NCBI GenBank assembly: GCA_014762755.1
Contig: JABURI010000152.1
Location: 592 to 64,591, forward strand
From: Marinobacter sp.
GTDB lineage: Bacteria > Pseudomonadota > Gammaproteobacteria > Pseudomonadales > Oleiphilaceae
DNA: 64,000 nt
Reading direction: 5' to 3'
Below the pieces are notes generated by a model. The model saw only the letters and a program-made list of their open reading frames with translations. It was not told where the DNA came from and did not search any database. Made by a program: the position numbers and the translations under genes. This document shows, in pieces, positions 40,658 to 50,765 of this stretch (position 1 is the stretch's first letter; the number at the start of each line of letters is the position of its first letter).

Positions 40658-43600
40658 TCAATAAAGACTTCGCGGTATCCGGTACCCCGCCAGCAGCTGT
40701 TGCGTGAAGGGGTTGGTCGTGCTGGCGGCATGCAGGCGGTACTTCATTTCGCCATCGTCCACCCGAAACCTGACATCCACGGCATTACTGCTGACTCCTG
40801 TGATGTCTGCCTGGCCCAACATCCTGAACAGGGCCCAGGGGCCGCTCTCGGAGATGCTCCGTGGCGAGCGGTTGACCTGGACTGGTACCAACGTAATGCG
40901 GGTTTCCACGGCATCTCGCAGCGTGTTGGGCCATATCAGCGGAATGTTCTGGCGCGGGCCATGGGAGAACTCCACCAGCTGGCCATCGATATTCGCCACC
41001 GAGCGCCGTTTGTTGTTGCTCAGGTTCAGGGGTTCCAGGGCAAACTCCACGTCCAGCGTACCACTGCGGGTGAAGAACGCCTGTCGAATCTGCCGGGCCC
41101 GATCCAGCGCGGCGACCACATCCCGTCGTACCAGGCTGGCCCGGCGGGCGTCGCCCACATGCTCCGGATGGTCTTCGAGGAACAATCTCAGGTTGTCGTT
41201 GTAGAAGGTTTCCAGAATGCCATCCGGGGCGAAGAAACGCTCGAAATCCTGCAGTGCAGCGTCACGCCCTGCGCCCTGGGTGAACGGATAGTGCCGGGCC
41301 AGATTCTGCTGGAACGGCTGGTAAACCTCGCGATACCAGTCCCGCTCCAGCTGTGCCACGGCACTGTCCAGGACAACCCGCCAGCTTTCTGTGGCCAGGC
41401 GGTTGAGTATCCGGTTCAGGAGTGCCGGCTGATGGCCGGCCATGCGCTGCAGGGTAAAGATGGGGTCGGCCCCCTGCAGGCCCATACGGGCACGGGCGGC
41501 GCTCAGGGCAGCTTTGCCAGTATCCGGCGATTCCTGGATATTGCGCATGTATTCATGCAGCTCCGTCACCACCAGCATGACTTCCTCCAGGCCAGAGCGC
41601 TTTTCGCCCTGTTTGCGGGTGAGCTGGTTCAGGTCGCTGAACTGGCGCTCGATGTCCTGCAGCATGCGGTAATGGGGGGACTGCTCAAGCAATTTGCGTG
41701 CGGCTTCCGCTTCGCCTTCACCTACCGGTATCAGGCGGGTGTTTTCCCGCACCTGGGCCAGCAATCTGGCCAGCGGCTGGTGGCCACTGGTCAGGCTGTC
41801 GAGAATACGGACCCCGTGGTTCAGGTCCTCAAACCGATGGATATCCAGCCGGCTCAGCGCCGTGCGCCAGGCCTCGGCATAGTGCTCAGCGTACAGGGTC
41901 TGCAGACTGGCCAGCAGCTCGGCCTCATCGGCCTTGCTGAAATCAACATCATCCCGGCGGCCCAGCACCCAGGCGTCAACTAAGGCCAGTTCGGTGACCG
42001 ATCCGGATTCCCGCAGGAACCACTTTTCCAGACCTTCCCGGGTCAACAGTGCCGGAATCGAGAGCGGATCCTGTGCAGACGGCACATCCTCGGCAAGCGG
42101 TTCGCCATAACTGTCCAGGCGTGTGAACACCGTGGAGAACGCCGGGCCGGAGCTGCGGGCCAGTTCCAGCGGCGTCGGGAAATCACGGCTGGCCTCGTTC
42201 TCCAGCTCACGGTACACGCGGTCTGAGGTGCTGATACGGCCAAGCTCATGCTGTGCCCATTCGACACTGCTGCGGAAAGGCGCCAGAGCCATCGTGGCGG
42301 TGGAGTCGCCGTTAGCTGCCAGGTCCGAAAGGTCCGTGTGGGCCATGGCGTATTGCAGGTGCCCGTATAGACGATTCTGCACATCGCGCTGGCCGGGGAA
42401 CCGGGCCTGCCAGTACTCACGCATGTAACCGGACACAATGTCGGTACGGCGGCCGCTGGCATCGTACAGCATCCGGAGCACGCGCAGGTGTTCGAGCCGC
42501 TCTGTGCTGTTATCCGGCGCCTGTCCCATTTCTTCCATCACCCCGAACATCAGCGCAGGCAGATATTGATAGGCCAGCATGTTCAGGTAGGCCTTATCCA
42601 CTTCCGGGCCCACCTTGTGCCCCTGGTACAGCCCCATATCGGTGACCAGTGGCCACTCCTTGCGGTAATCGCCGAAGGCCAGGGTAGCGTCCCGCAGCTC
42701 ATCCAGCGGTTGCAGCAGATTACGGCCAGTGGTGTCCGGCTCGTAGCCAACCGGCTGCCAGTCATTGAGATAGCTTTTGACCCGACTTTCCACCTGGGCG
42801 GCCGCTTCGGCATTCTGAAGAAAATAATGCTGCCAGCCTGCTGTTATGCCCGCACCGGCGGCCAGGGCCACCACGGCGGCAACGGCGACCCGGCGATGAC
42901 GCTGGCGCACCACCCGCCGGTTATCACCGGCCAGGCCCGCCTCCGGATAGATGATCCCGGGGAACAGGCCCTTGGTGAACAGGCTCGCAGACTGGCCGCC
43001 GCGCTGGGCCGGTTGGATCGGGTCCGACATCTGGTAGTTCCGGGCGGCGGCCGAGACGAAGGCATCCTCAGGCACACCTTCCTGCAACACCGAGGTCAAG
43101 TAGGTGCCGCGTACCAGCGCCGGTGTGGAGAAGGCATCCGCCGACAGCAAATCGGTCAGGAACTGCTCCATGGCCGTCTTCAGGCCCGCCAACTGGCGGG
43201 TGAACGAATAGGCCGCTGCCCGTTCTTCGTTATCACGGGTGTTGGCCAGCACGTCCGGCAGGCGTTCAGTGAGCTCATCCACCATATCGGCGTAACGCTC
43301 GGCAAACTGTTCCAGCCACTGGTCCTGATCCTGCTGGCCGTCCAGCCGGAAGGTGAAACCCAGCGCCTTGTCTTTCTCGGCTTTGCTGAGGGTACGCACA
43401 AAGGGCGCAAAGCCATACATCAGGTCCATCTTGGTGAAGGTCACATACACCGGCAGGCGGGACCCCAACTGTTCCATCAGCTCCCGCAGGCGAGTGCGCA
43501 GGAGAATGGCGTGGGCTTCACGCTGTTGTTCGTTGGCGGCACTCAGGCGGGCAAGATCCACGGCCAGGACGACGCCGTTGAGCGGCCGCTGGGGGCGACT

Positions 43601-44251
43601 GCGCTCCAACCAGGTTATAAAGTGGTTCCAGAGCCGGCTCTGGATTTCGCCGGTGGCGCCCTCCCCCTGGTTCTGGCTCAGCAGTTCGCCATCCGGGTCG
43701 ATCAGGACACCGTTGTCGCCAATCCACCAGTCAAAACTGAACGGGTTACGGTCGCCACGGTTGTTACGGGTGACGTTGGTCAGGGTATAGGTTTGCCCGG
43801 CACGCTGAATCAGGCTGGTCTTACCGGCATCTTCCAGGCCCATGACCAGATACCAAGGCAGACGGTACAGGTCCTTGCGACCCGGCAGATTGCTTTTCAA
43901 CGCCTGCAGTTGTCGGTCCAGCAGCCGCTGTTGACGACGCTCCATGGGCAGAATCGGGTCTTCCTGCTCCCGCTGCTCCTCGGCTTTGGCCTTGTTCACC
44001 TTACCCAGGCGACGGGCCAGCATGGTGCCCCAGACAATGACCACCAGCAACACCACCCCCAGGGTAACCAGCGCACGCATCTGCCAGGCCATCAGGGGAT
44101 AGTCTCCGTTGATTTCCAGGCGTGGTCCCAGCCACCAGGTGGCCACCAGTAGGGCGACCATACCCAGAGCCAGGGTGACGGGAGCGGCACTGCGGATGTA
44201 GGGCAGCAGCCAACGACCAATGAGTAATCCTTTTCTCCACATGGTTTCCAT
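40658..44251 (-). CDS. tssM: T6SS membrane complex subunit TssM (IcmF/VasK)
   Basis: N-terminal TMs; YRLPWYLVMG..AGKTSLI, RPQRPLNGVV, RLPVYVTFTKMDL, GPWALFR. Confidence 0.95.
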   Translation of the reverse strand: METMWRKGLLIGRWLLPYIRSAAPVTLALGMVALLVATWWLGPRLEINGDYPLMAWQMRALVTLGVVLLVVIVWGTMLARRLGKVNKAKAEEQREQEDPILPMERRQQRLLDRQLQALKSNLPGRKDLYRLPWYLVMGLEDAGKTSLIQRAGQTYTLTNVTRNNRGDRNPFSFDWWIGDNGVLIDPDGELLSQNQGEGATGEIQSRLWNHFITWLERSRPQRPLNGVVLAVDLARLSAANEQQREAHAILLRTRLRELMEQLGSRLPVYVTFTKMDLMYGFAPFVRTLSKAEKDKALGFTFRLDGQQDQDQWLEQFAERYADMVDELTERLPDVLANTRDNEERAAAYSFTRQLAGLKTAMEQFLTDLLSADAFSTPALVRGTYLTSVLQEGVPEDAFVSAAARNYQMSDPIQPAQRGGQSASLFTKGLFPGIIYPEAGLAGDNRRVVRQRHRRVAVAAVVALAAGAGITAGWQHYFLQNAEAAAQVESRVKSYLNDWQPVGYEPDTTGRNLLQPLDELRDATLAFGDYRKEWPLVTDMGLYQGHKVGPEVDKAYLNMLAYQYLPALMFGVMEEMGQAPDNSTERLEHLRVLRMLYDASGRRTDIVSGYMREYWQARFPGQRDVQNRLYGHLQYAMAHTDLSDLAANGDSTATMALAPFRSSVEWAQHELGRISTSDRVYRELENEASRDFPTPLELARSSGPAFSTVFTRLDSYGEPLAEDVPSAQDPLSIPALLTREGLEKWFLRESGSVTELALVDAWVLGRRDDVDFSKADEAELLASLQTLYAEHYAEAWRTALSRLDIHRFEDLNHGVRILDSLTSGHQPLARLLAQVRENTRLIPVGEGEAEAARKLLEQSPHYRMLQDIERQFSDLNQLTRKQGEKRSGLEEVMLVVTELHEYMRNIQESPDTGKAALSAARARMGLQGADPIFTLQRMAGHQPALLNRILNRLATESWRVVLDSAVAQLERDWYREVYQPFQQNLARHYPFTQGAGRDAALQDFERFFAPDGILETFYNDNLRLFLEDHPEHVGDARRASLVRRDVVAALDRARQIRQAFFTRSGTLDVEFALEPLNLSNNKRRSVANIDGQLVEFSHGPRQNIPLIWPNTLRDAVETRITLVPVQVNRSPRSISESGPWALFRMLGQADITGVSSNAVDVRFRVDDGEMKYRLHAASTTNPFTQQLLAGYRIPRSLY

Positions 44252-44278
44252 TCCTGCGTTTGTTGCGTCTTGCGGGCG

Positions 44279-45727
44279 TTACGTCAGTCGTTCCAGTTGT
44301 TTGATAAGAGCCGGTTCCCAGTCATCGAGAACCCGCCCCTGGACCTGGTTTTTCAGATCCTGGATCTGTTCGGCCGCCAGGGCTTTAAGGCCGGTTTCCT
44401 TGAGCAGCCGGGCCGAGGCCAGGCGCCAGTAGAAGCGCTCCCGCGGCTCCCGGGCATCGGCCAGGCCCTCCTCCAGCAGTTTCATGGCCGGCGCCAGTTT
44501 GTTCTGCCGGACCAGCTCAAGAGCGCCGTCGAATGCCTGTTCCCAGGGGTTGGCACTTCCGCCTGTTCCTTTGCGGGCCGTGGGGGCTGTGTGCAACCAA
44601 TCCGCGCCATCGTCACTGAGAAACGGCGTGCCATCGTTGAAGGTGAGCTCGGCCAGTTGCGGCAGACGGTCGACAAACGCTTTCAGGGCTTCCCGGATGG
44701 CCTCCGCGCAAACGGTATTGCCGAGGGCCAGGGCCGCCCGGGCACTGAGCCAGTGGCCATCGAGCCAGAACGGGCTGACCGAAAGGCTTTGTTCAATGCG
44801 CTGCCACAGTTCAAGATCCGGTGTTTTCTCCAGAACTTCCCTGTACTCGGCCACCCGGTCTGCGCTGACGGCTGCCAGATCTGTGCGTTTGCCATTCCGG
44901 GTTGGTGGCAGGCTGGTGATACTTTGCCAGATGGCATACCGACGCATCCGGTAGCCCAGGGCGTTGTCCGGTTCGCTGCTGGTCAGCAGTTCGGCAACTT
45001 TGAGCAGGCTCTGTCGGGTCGCACGCTCGTTACTCGGGTCCAATGTCAGATTGCCCAGCGACGCGGTCGTGGTGTTGGAACTGGCGGAGCTGGAGGGCGA
45101 TGAGCTGGCCGTGCTCTCCTGTCGGTTTGTCGAGGTGCTTTCAGAAGCTTTCCGGGCCGCCGGGGCCTGGTCCGGCTTGGGCAGCTTCTCCACAGCCCGC
45201 TTCAGTTCGAACAGGGCGTCGTCAGGCAAGTCCCGGTCTTTGGCCTGGCCATCCAGTTTCTCAACCAGGTCCAGACAGAACTGGCGACCATCCCCGACGC
45301 TGGCGTCAAAGCTCAGGCTCTCTACCGCTTTGAGCGCCCGCTGCAGCATCTGGGTGAACAGCATCTTGCGAGCCCGCTGGCCCTTGGCGCCGGGATAGGG
45401 CCAGGCACTTTCCCACCAGTCGTCCAGCACCCGGTGCAGCAGGTAAAGCGACAGGGCAAACCGTTCACCATCGCCGCCGCGCTGCAGGCTGAGCATGACA
45501 AAACCCAGCACCTTGATGTCCTTGCTGCGATCCGCCAGCAGTTTCAGTGCTTCGCTTTCGACCTTATGCCAGTCGATGTCGTTGTGGGCCAGCGACCCTA
45601 CTTTCATGATCTCGTTTTCGAGAAACTCCAGTGTGCGGTCTTCGGCCAGGCTCTCGCCCACCCCGGTGTCTCCCGGAATCGAGGCCAGTACCTGATCAAC
45701 GTAAGGGTGCTGTTCGATCACCTGCAT
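44279..45727 (-). CDS. tssA: T6SS TssA (ImpA_N + VasJ-type)
   Basis: DW..VE.....LL...SKD, W...WP; IEQSLSVSPFWLDGH, LTFNDGTPF. Confidence 0.88.
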   Translation of the reverse strand: MQVIEQHPYVDQVLASIPGDTGVGESLAEDRTLEFLENEIMKVGSLAHNDIDWHKVESEALKLLADRSKDIKVLGFVMLSLQRGGDGERFALSLYLLHRVLDDWWESAWPYPGAKGQRARKMLFTQMLQRALKAVESLSFDASVGDGRQFCLDLVEKLDGQAKDRDLPDDALFELKRAVEKLPKPDQAPAARKASESTSTNRQESTASSSPSSSASSNTTTASLGNLTLDPSNERATRQSLLKVAELLTSSEPDNALGYRMRRYAIWQSITSLPPTRNGKRTDLAAVSADRVAEYREVLEKTPDLELWQRIEQSLSVSPFWLDGHWLSARAALALGNTVCAEAIREALKAFVDRLPQLAELTFNDGTPFLSDDGADWLHTAPTARKGTGGSANPWEQAFDGALELVRQNKLAPAMKLLEEGLADAREPRERFYWRLASARLLKETGLKALAAEQIQDLKNQVQGRVLDDWEPALIKQLERLT

Positions 45728-45738
45728 GCCATCACTCC

Positions 45739-46374
45739 CTACCAGCCACAGGCCTGGCGCAAAGGCTTGATCGCCTCCGCGAAGCCGTTGAGGTCAAACA
45801 GCAGGCCATCGAGTTCCCGAACGCCCGCCTGCAGGCGCACATCGGGCTGATCGACCACATCCAGTACGGTGCGGATAGCGGGCAGGCCGCGACCTGCGCT
45901 GACCACCAAACCTTCATCCCGAACCCGCCAATGTGCCCGCTGGGTCCCCAGAGTTACGTCGACTCGCTCGCGATCCAGAGGCTCCGGCAGCATGATGGCT
46001 AGCTCGGTGATGTTGTTGTGGCACTGCAGTGACAGCACCGGCCGTGGAGGTTGTACACCGAGCGCGGTCACCGTCACCAGATGACCGGCTGCGCTGCCGG
46101 TGTCGCGATAGACCACTCCGCCGGCGTCGTTCCCGCTGGCCTGGGCAAACACCCGGCGCCAGCGCTCCGACTGGTTCACCAATGCTGGATGCTGGCCGTC
46201 CTCGTACTGCGCCAACGGCGTACCGAACACCTCATCAAAACAGGCCAGACGTTCCAGCCGGTTCGCTTGTTCGGTGCAGGCCCGGGCTTCCGTCAGGCGG
46301 GTATCGGCCCAGCTGCTGGCACTCACCAGCAGAAGGACCATCAAGGGCAATCGGTTCAAGTCTTTCAGGGTCAT
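45739..46374 (-). CDS. vasI: T6SS-associated VasI/TagO protein
   Basis: Signal peptide; C....RLERLACFD, LQCHNNITEL, GRGLPAI, PLRQACGW; ATG 46374 overlaps the vasH stop. Confidence 0.82.
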   Translation of the reverse strand: MTLKDLNRLPLMVLLLVSASSWADTRLTEARACTEQANRLERLACFDEVFGTPLAQYEDGQHPALVNQSERWRRVFAQASGNDAGGVVYRDTGSAAGHLVTVTALGVQPPRPVLSLQCHNNITELAIMLPEPLDRERVDVTLGTQRAHWRVRDEGLVVSAGRGLPAIRTVLDVVDQPDVRLQAGVRELDGLLFDLNGFAEAIKPLRQACGW

Positions 46375-47945
46375 ACGTCGGTTACCTGATACTTCAGACA
46401 TTTATGGGCCAGTGTGCGTTTTGGCAGGCCCAGGCTTTCCGCCGCCTGGGCGCGATTGCCGCCATACTGGCGCAGGCGTTCGCGGATGATGGCGGCCTCA
46501 AAGGCCTGGGCGGCGGCTTTCAGGTCGCGGATATCATCGGCCGGAGGTACACCCGGAATGGTTTTAGCTTCCACGAAGGCCATGGTCGACTCCGGGGCGT
46601 CGGCAAACAGATCGTCCAGGTGCAGGACTTCCGGCTGAATGTCATCACCGGCCGGGGTCTGCAGACAGGCCAGTTCGATGATGTTGCGCAGTTCCCGGAC
46701 ATTACCCGGGAAGTTGTAGTCGGCCAGCGCACTCAGAGCGTGGCTGCTGATGCCCAGCGGGCCACTGCCCTCGCGCTCGGTGTAGAGCCGGATGAAGTGA
46801 CGGCTGAGCGCTTCCAGATCTTCACTGCGTTCCCGCAGGGGCAGTACGCGCAGGGGGAACTGGCTGAGGCGGTAGAACAGGTCCCGCCGGAACCGGCCAT
46901 CTTCAATGCCCTCCTGAAGCGGCTGATGGGTGGCCGCCACCAGGCGGAAATCCGAATGTTGCTCTTCCCGGGCACCCAATGGCCGGAACTGTCGGCTCTC
47001 CAGCACCCGCAACAATTTGGATTGCAGCGCCATGGGCATGTCGCCGATTTCATCCAGGAACAGAGTGCCGCCGTTGGCCTGGGCCAGCAGGCCCTCTTTG
47101 GCCTGGTCCGCGCCGGAGAAGGCGCCCTTGGTGTGGCCGAACAGTTCGCTCTCCAGCAAAGTGTCGGGGATGGCGGCACAGTTGACCACCACCAGAGGCC
47201 CACTGGCACGGTCCGACATGTCGTGGATGCCCCGGGCCACCACATCTTTGCCACAACCAGTTTCGCCCTGAATCAACACTGACAGCTGGCTGCCGGCCGC
47301 TCGCACCAACTGGGCCCGGAGGTGGGTCATGGCTTCGGAGTTGCCGACCAGAGTGGTGGCCAGCTGGTCACACTTCTGGCGCACGGCTTGGGCATCGCTG
47401 AGGTTGTCCAGAGAGCGTTTCAGCAGGCGCCTTTGCCAGACCTGATCACGGGTTTGCAACTGGCTGATCCATTGATGCATCAGTAGTTGTTTCAGGCCGG
47501 TGTACAGTGGCTGAGTGACGATGCCCCGCCACTCAGGATGGTCGCCGCACAACACGAGCATGCCGAGGGTGCGGCCATCTTCGCCTTTTAGTGGCTCCAG
47601 CCAGAAGCTTCTTGGGCGCCCGCTGAGCTCCATGAGATTCTGGAATCCGCCGTGATCGAGGCGATAGCTGGCTGCGCGGGTGAGTTCCCTTGGCTGGCCG
47701 GTTTGCAGTACGTGGGCGAAAGGATGGCTGAAGTCGTTGCAGTCGAACTCGCCCCCTGCGTCCAGTTTAGTGCAGTGCAGGGTCCGGCCGCTGAGATCGA
47801 GTTCGAGGGCCCAGCACTTGCTCAGTCCGAAGGCATTTTCGAGTTGCCGGGTGGCGGTGTTCAACAGCGCTGGCAGGGTGTCCTGTTTGATCAGGGCCAC
47901 CGCCAAGTCGATGCCGGTGTGCAGTTCCTTCTGCATCCGTCCCAT
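46371..47945 (-). CDS. vasH: Sigma-54 enhancer-binding protein, VasH/Sfa type
   Basis: GAF-like N-terminus (DFSHPFAHVL); GETGCGKD, ESELFGH.KGAFSGA, LFLDEIGD, FRRDLFYRL, FPGNVREL, C-terminal HTH; RBS before ATG 47945. Confidence 0.88.
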   Translation of the reverse strand: MGRMQKELHTGIDLAVALIKQDTLPALLNTATRQLENAFGLSKCWALELDLSGRTLHCTKLDAGGEFDCNDFSHPFAHVLQTGQPRELTRAASYRLDHGGFQNLMELSGRPRSFWLEPLKGEDGRTLGMLVLCGDHPEWRGIVTQPLYTGLKQLLMHQWISQLQTRDQVWQRRLLKRSLDNLSDAQAVRQKCDQLATTLVGNSEAMTHLRAQLVRAAGSQLSVLIQGETGCGKDVVARGIHDMSDRASGPLVVVNCAAIPDTLLESELFGHTKGAFSGADQAKEGLLAQANGGTLFLDEIGDMPMALQSKLLRVLESRQFRPLGAREEQHSDFRLVAATHQPLQEGIEDGRFRRDLFYRLSQFPLRVLPLRERSEDLEALSRHFIRLYTEREGSGPLGISSHALSALADYNFPGNVRELRNIIELACLQTPAGDDIQPEVLHLDDLFADAPESTMAFVEAKTIPGVPPADDIRDLKAAAQAFEAAIIRERLRQYGGNRAQAAESLGLPKRTLAHKCLKYQVTDV

Positions 47946-47982
47946 TGATATCGTTCCTTCTTTATGGAGATCGCCGCCCGCA

Positions 47983-48087
47983 CACCGTGGGGGATAGCTT
48001 TCCAAAACACGCTTTGAATACATCCCTGTACGCTCCGCTCCGCCATCCATGGCTCCGCAGGGTTTTGGAAAGCTATCCCCCACGGTG
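47983..48087. repeat. MITE/REP-like element with perfect 26-bp inverted arms and internal GGA hairpins
   Basis: CACCGTGGGGGATAGCTTTCCAAAAC (47983-48008) and its exact reverse complement (48062-48087); the core on the minus strand has GCCATGGATGGC and TACAGGGATGTA. Confidence 0.85.
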
Positions 48088-48112
48088 CGCTACGATTCAG
48101 TCAGCCTGAAAG

Positions 48113-50755
48113 TCAGGCGACTGTGCCCGTGAACTTGTTTTCAGTAACCCCAAGCGTCACCTTCGTCACCGGCTCCCTGGCCGCCAGTTTTTCCAGCAGC
48201 GCCAAAGACACCGGCGGCAACAGCTCGCCCTCGATGATCGACTCCAGCATCCGCGCGCCGTTTTCACTTCGGGTGGCGCGGCTGCGGATGGCTTCGACCA
48301 GGCCGTCTTCCAGTTCCACCTCGGTGTGGTAACGAGCTTGAATCTGGTCAGCCAGGCGCTGGAGTTTGTCGCCGACGATGCGGTTGAGGGTGTCTTCACC
48401 CAGCGGCAGGTAGGGCACCACTTCCATTCGTGCCAGCAACGCGGGTTTGAAGAAGTTGGCCAGTTCCGGGTACAGGGCTTCTTCGATCTTCTCCGGCGCT
48501 TCGGCGTGGTGGACGATGGTCTGGTAGCCGAGGTTGGAGGTCAGGAAGAAGACGACATTTTTGCAGTCGATCAAGCGGCCTTCGCCGTCTGCCAGTTCGC
48601 CTTTGTCGAAGGCTTGATAGAACAGGTTCAGCACTTCCGGGTGGGCTTTTTCGACTTCGTCGAGCAGCACCACGGAATAGGGTTTCTGGCGGATGGCTTC
48701 GGTGAGAATGCCACCTTCGCCGAAGCCTACATAGCCCGGAGGCGAGCCGATCAGGCGGGAGACGGTGTGTTTTTCCTGGTATTCGGACATGTTGATGGTG
48801 GTGAGGAACTGCCGGCCGCCATAGAGCAGTTCGGCCAGTTGCACCACGGTTTCGGTTTTACCCACCCCACTGGGGCCCACCAGCAGGAAGGCGCCCATGG
48901 GTCGGCCGGGGCGGCGCAGGTCGGCGCGGGCGGTGAGCAGGTGCTGGTGCAGGCAGTCAATGGCGGTGTCCTGGCCTTTGATGTGGGCCTGCAGGAAGGC
49001 CGGCAAGTGAGTGATTTTTTCCAGCTCGTCAGTGGTCATGCGGTTAACCGGGATGCCAGTCCAGTCAGCGATCACTTCAGCCACCTGGCGCGCGTCCACC
49101 CGAGCATGCACCAACGGTTCATCCGCTTGCAGTTCGGCCAGTTCCTGTTCGATGGCGGCGGCTTCGCTTTTGAGGTCCGGGCGTTCTTCGTGATCGCTCT
49201 CGGCCAACTCAACAGCAGCGTCATAGTCGGTCTCACCTTCAGCCTCACCCATCAGCAGCTGTTCGCGGATCTCGACCAGTCGGGCAACAAGTTCGCGCTG
49301 GTCGTTCCAGCTTTGTTCCAGCGTTTCGGATTCGGCCGTCAGGTCAGCAATTTTCTGCTCCAGGGCCTGTTCCCGCTCGGCATCCACGTTCTGGCCAAGC
49401 GAGTGCTCCCGGCTCAAAAGCTCCTGCTCCATGGCCAGCAGGTGCAGCTTGCTGCGGACGTGACTCAGGCGCCTTGGTGGCGTGCTCAGGTTCAGGCTGA
49501 CCCGGGCGCAGGCGGTATCCAGTACGTCGATGGCTTTGTCCGGTAGCTGGCGACCGGCCAGGTAACGGGCGGACATTTCAGCGGCGGCTTTCAGGGCGCT
49601 GTCGGCGATCAGCACCTGGTGGTCTTTTTCGTAGATGGTGCGCAGGCCACGGAGGATGTGTACGGCTTCGCCTGGAGTTGGCTCGTCCAGTGCGACCGGT
49701 TGGAAACGACGGCTGAAGGCCGGGTCCTTTTCGAAGTATTTCTTGTATTCGCGCCAGGTGGTCGCTGCGATCGTGCGCAGCTCACCCCGGGCCAGGGCTG
49801 GTTTCAGCAGGTTGGCGGCATCAGAGCCGCCTTCACTGTTGCCCGCGCCGATCAGGGTGTGGGCTTCGTCGATGAACAGGATGATCGGGGTCGGCGAACC
49901 TTTCACGGCTTCGATCACGCCCTTCAGGCGTTTTTCAAACTCGCCCTTCACCGAGGCACCGGCCTGCAGGGCGCCCATGTCCAGGGTCCAGAGTTCGACG
50001 TTTTTCAGGCGGTCCGGCACGTCACCGTTAACGATGCGCAGGGCCAGGCCTTCCACCACGGCGCTTTTGCCCACTCCAGCGTCGCCCACCACGATGGGGT
50101 TGTTCTTGCGGCGACGGCAGAGGATATCGATCATCCGATCGATCTCGGCATCGCGACACACCACGGGGTCCAGTTTGTCTTCCCGGGCCAGCTTAGTGAA
50201 GTCGGTGGCGTAACGTTTGAGCGGGTCCATATCGGCTTCAACCGCTGGCTTGGCACCACCGCTTTCCATCAGCTGCGGACGCTCCACAGAACCCTCGGTT
50301 ACCCGATCAAACTGCTTGCGCAGCTGTTCCCGGTTGATGTCCACCAGCGCCTGCGCCACCCGGGGCATCAGGTAACGGTCGGCGTTCATCAGTAAGGCCA
50401 GGAACACCGCGCCGGAACGCAGTTCGGTATGACCAAGTTCGGTGGAGGCCAGCAGCCAGCCGTCCTGCATCAGTTCTACCAGCAGCGGCGAGAACGACGG
50501 ATACGGTTCGGCGGTCTGAGGTTCGCCGTTCAGGCTGTCACCCACCACGGGTTGCAGTTGCTGGTGGGTGATGCCGGTGTGTTCCAGGATCTGGCGCACA
50601 TCCGAGAAGGGCGTTTCCAGCAGTTTGAACAGCAGGTGCGCCGGGGTAATCTCGGCGCCCTGACGGCTGATGCACAGGGCCGCGGAGGCTTCCAATGCCT
50701 GGCGTGAAATGTCGTTGAGGCGCCCGATCAGCGCCGGCAGTTCTACCCGAATCAC
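48113..50755 (-). CDS. tssH: T6SS ATPase ClpV
   Basis: RRRKNNPIVVGDAGVGKS, LFIDEAH, GPSGVGKTE, LLDEVEKAH; GTG 50755 with AAGGA RBS. Confidence 0.96.
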   Translation of the reverse strand: MIRVELPALIGRLNDISRQALEASAALCISRQGAEITPAHLLFKLLETPFSDVRQILEHTGITHQQLQPVVGDSLNGEPQTAEPYPSFSPLLVELMQDGWLLASTELGHTELRSGAVFLALLMNADRYLMPRVAQALVDINREQLRKQFDRVTEGSVERPQLMESGGAKPAVEADMDPLKRYATDFTKLAREDKLDPVVCRDAEIDRMIDILCRRRKNNPIVVGDAGVGKSAVVEGLALRIVNGDVPDRLKNVELWTLDMGALQAGASVKGEFEKRLKGVIEAVKGSPTPIILFIDEAHTLIGAGNSEGGSDAANLLKPALARGELRTIAATTWREYKKYFEKDPAFSRRFQPVALDEPTPGEAVHILRGLRTIYEKDHQVLIADSALKAAAEMSARYLAGRQLPDKAIDVLDTACARVSLNLSTPPRRLSHVRSKLHLLAMEQELLSREHSLGQNVDAEREQALEQKIADLTAESETLEQSWNDQRELVARLVEIREQLLMGEAEGETDYDAAVELAESDHEERPDLKSEAAAIEQELAELQADEPLVHARVDARQVAEVIADWTGIPVNRMTTDELEKITHLPAFLQAHIKGQDTAIDCLHQHLLTARADLRRPGRPMGAFLLVGPSGVGKTETVVQLAELLYGGRQFLTTINMSEYQEKHTVSRLIGSPPGYVGFGEGGILTEAIRQKPYSVVLLDEVEKAHPEVLNLFYQAFDKGELADGEGRLIDCKNVVFFLTSNLGYQTIVHHAEAPEKIEEALYPELANFFKPALLARMEVVPYLPLGEDTLNRIVGDKLQRLADQIQARYHTEVELEDGLVEAIRSRATRSENGARMLESIIEGELLPPVSLALLEKLAAREPVTKVTLGVTENKFTGTVA

Positions 50756-50765
50756 AGTGATGTCC

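Noticed and set aside
47946-48083. Longer VasH N-terminus
   Set aside because: Reads through the inverted-repeat element from a GTG inside it; the RBS supports 47945.
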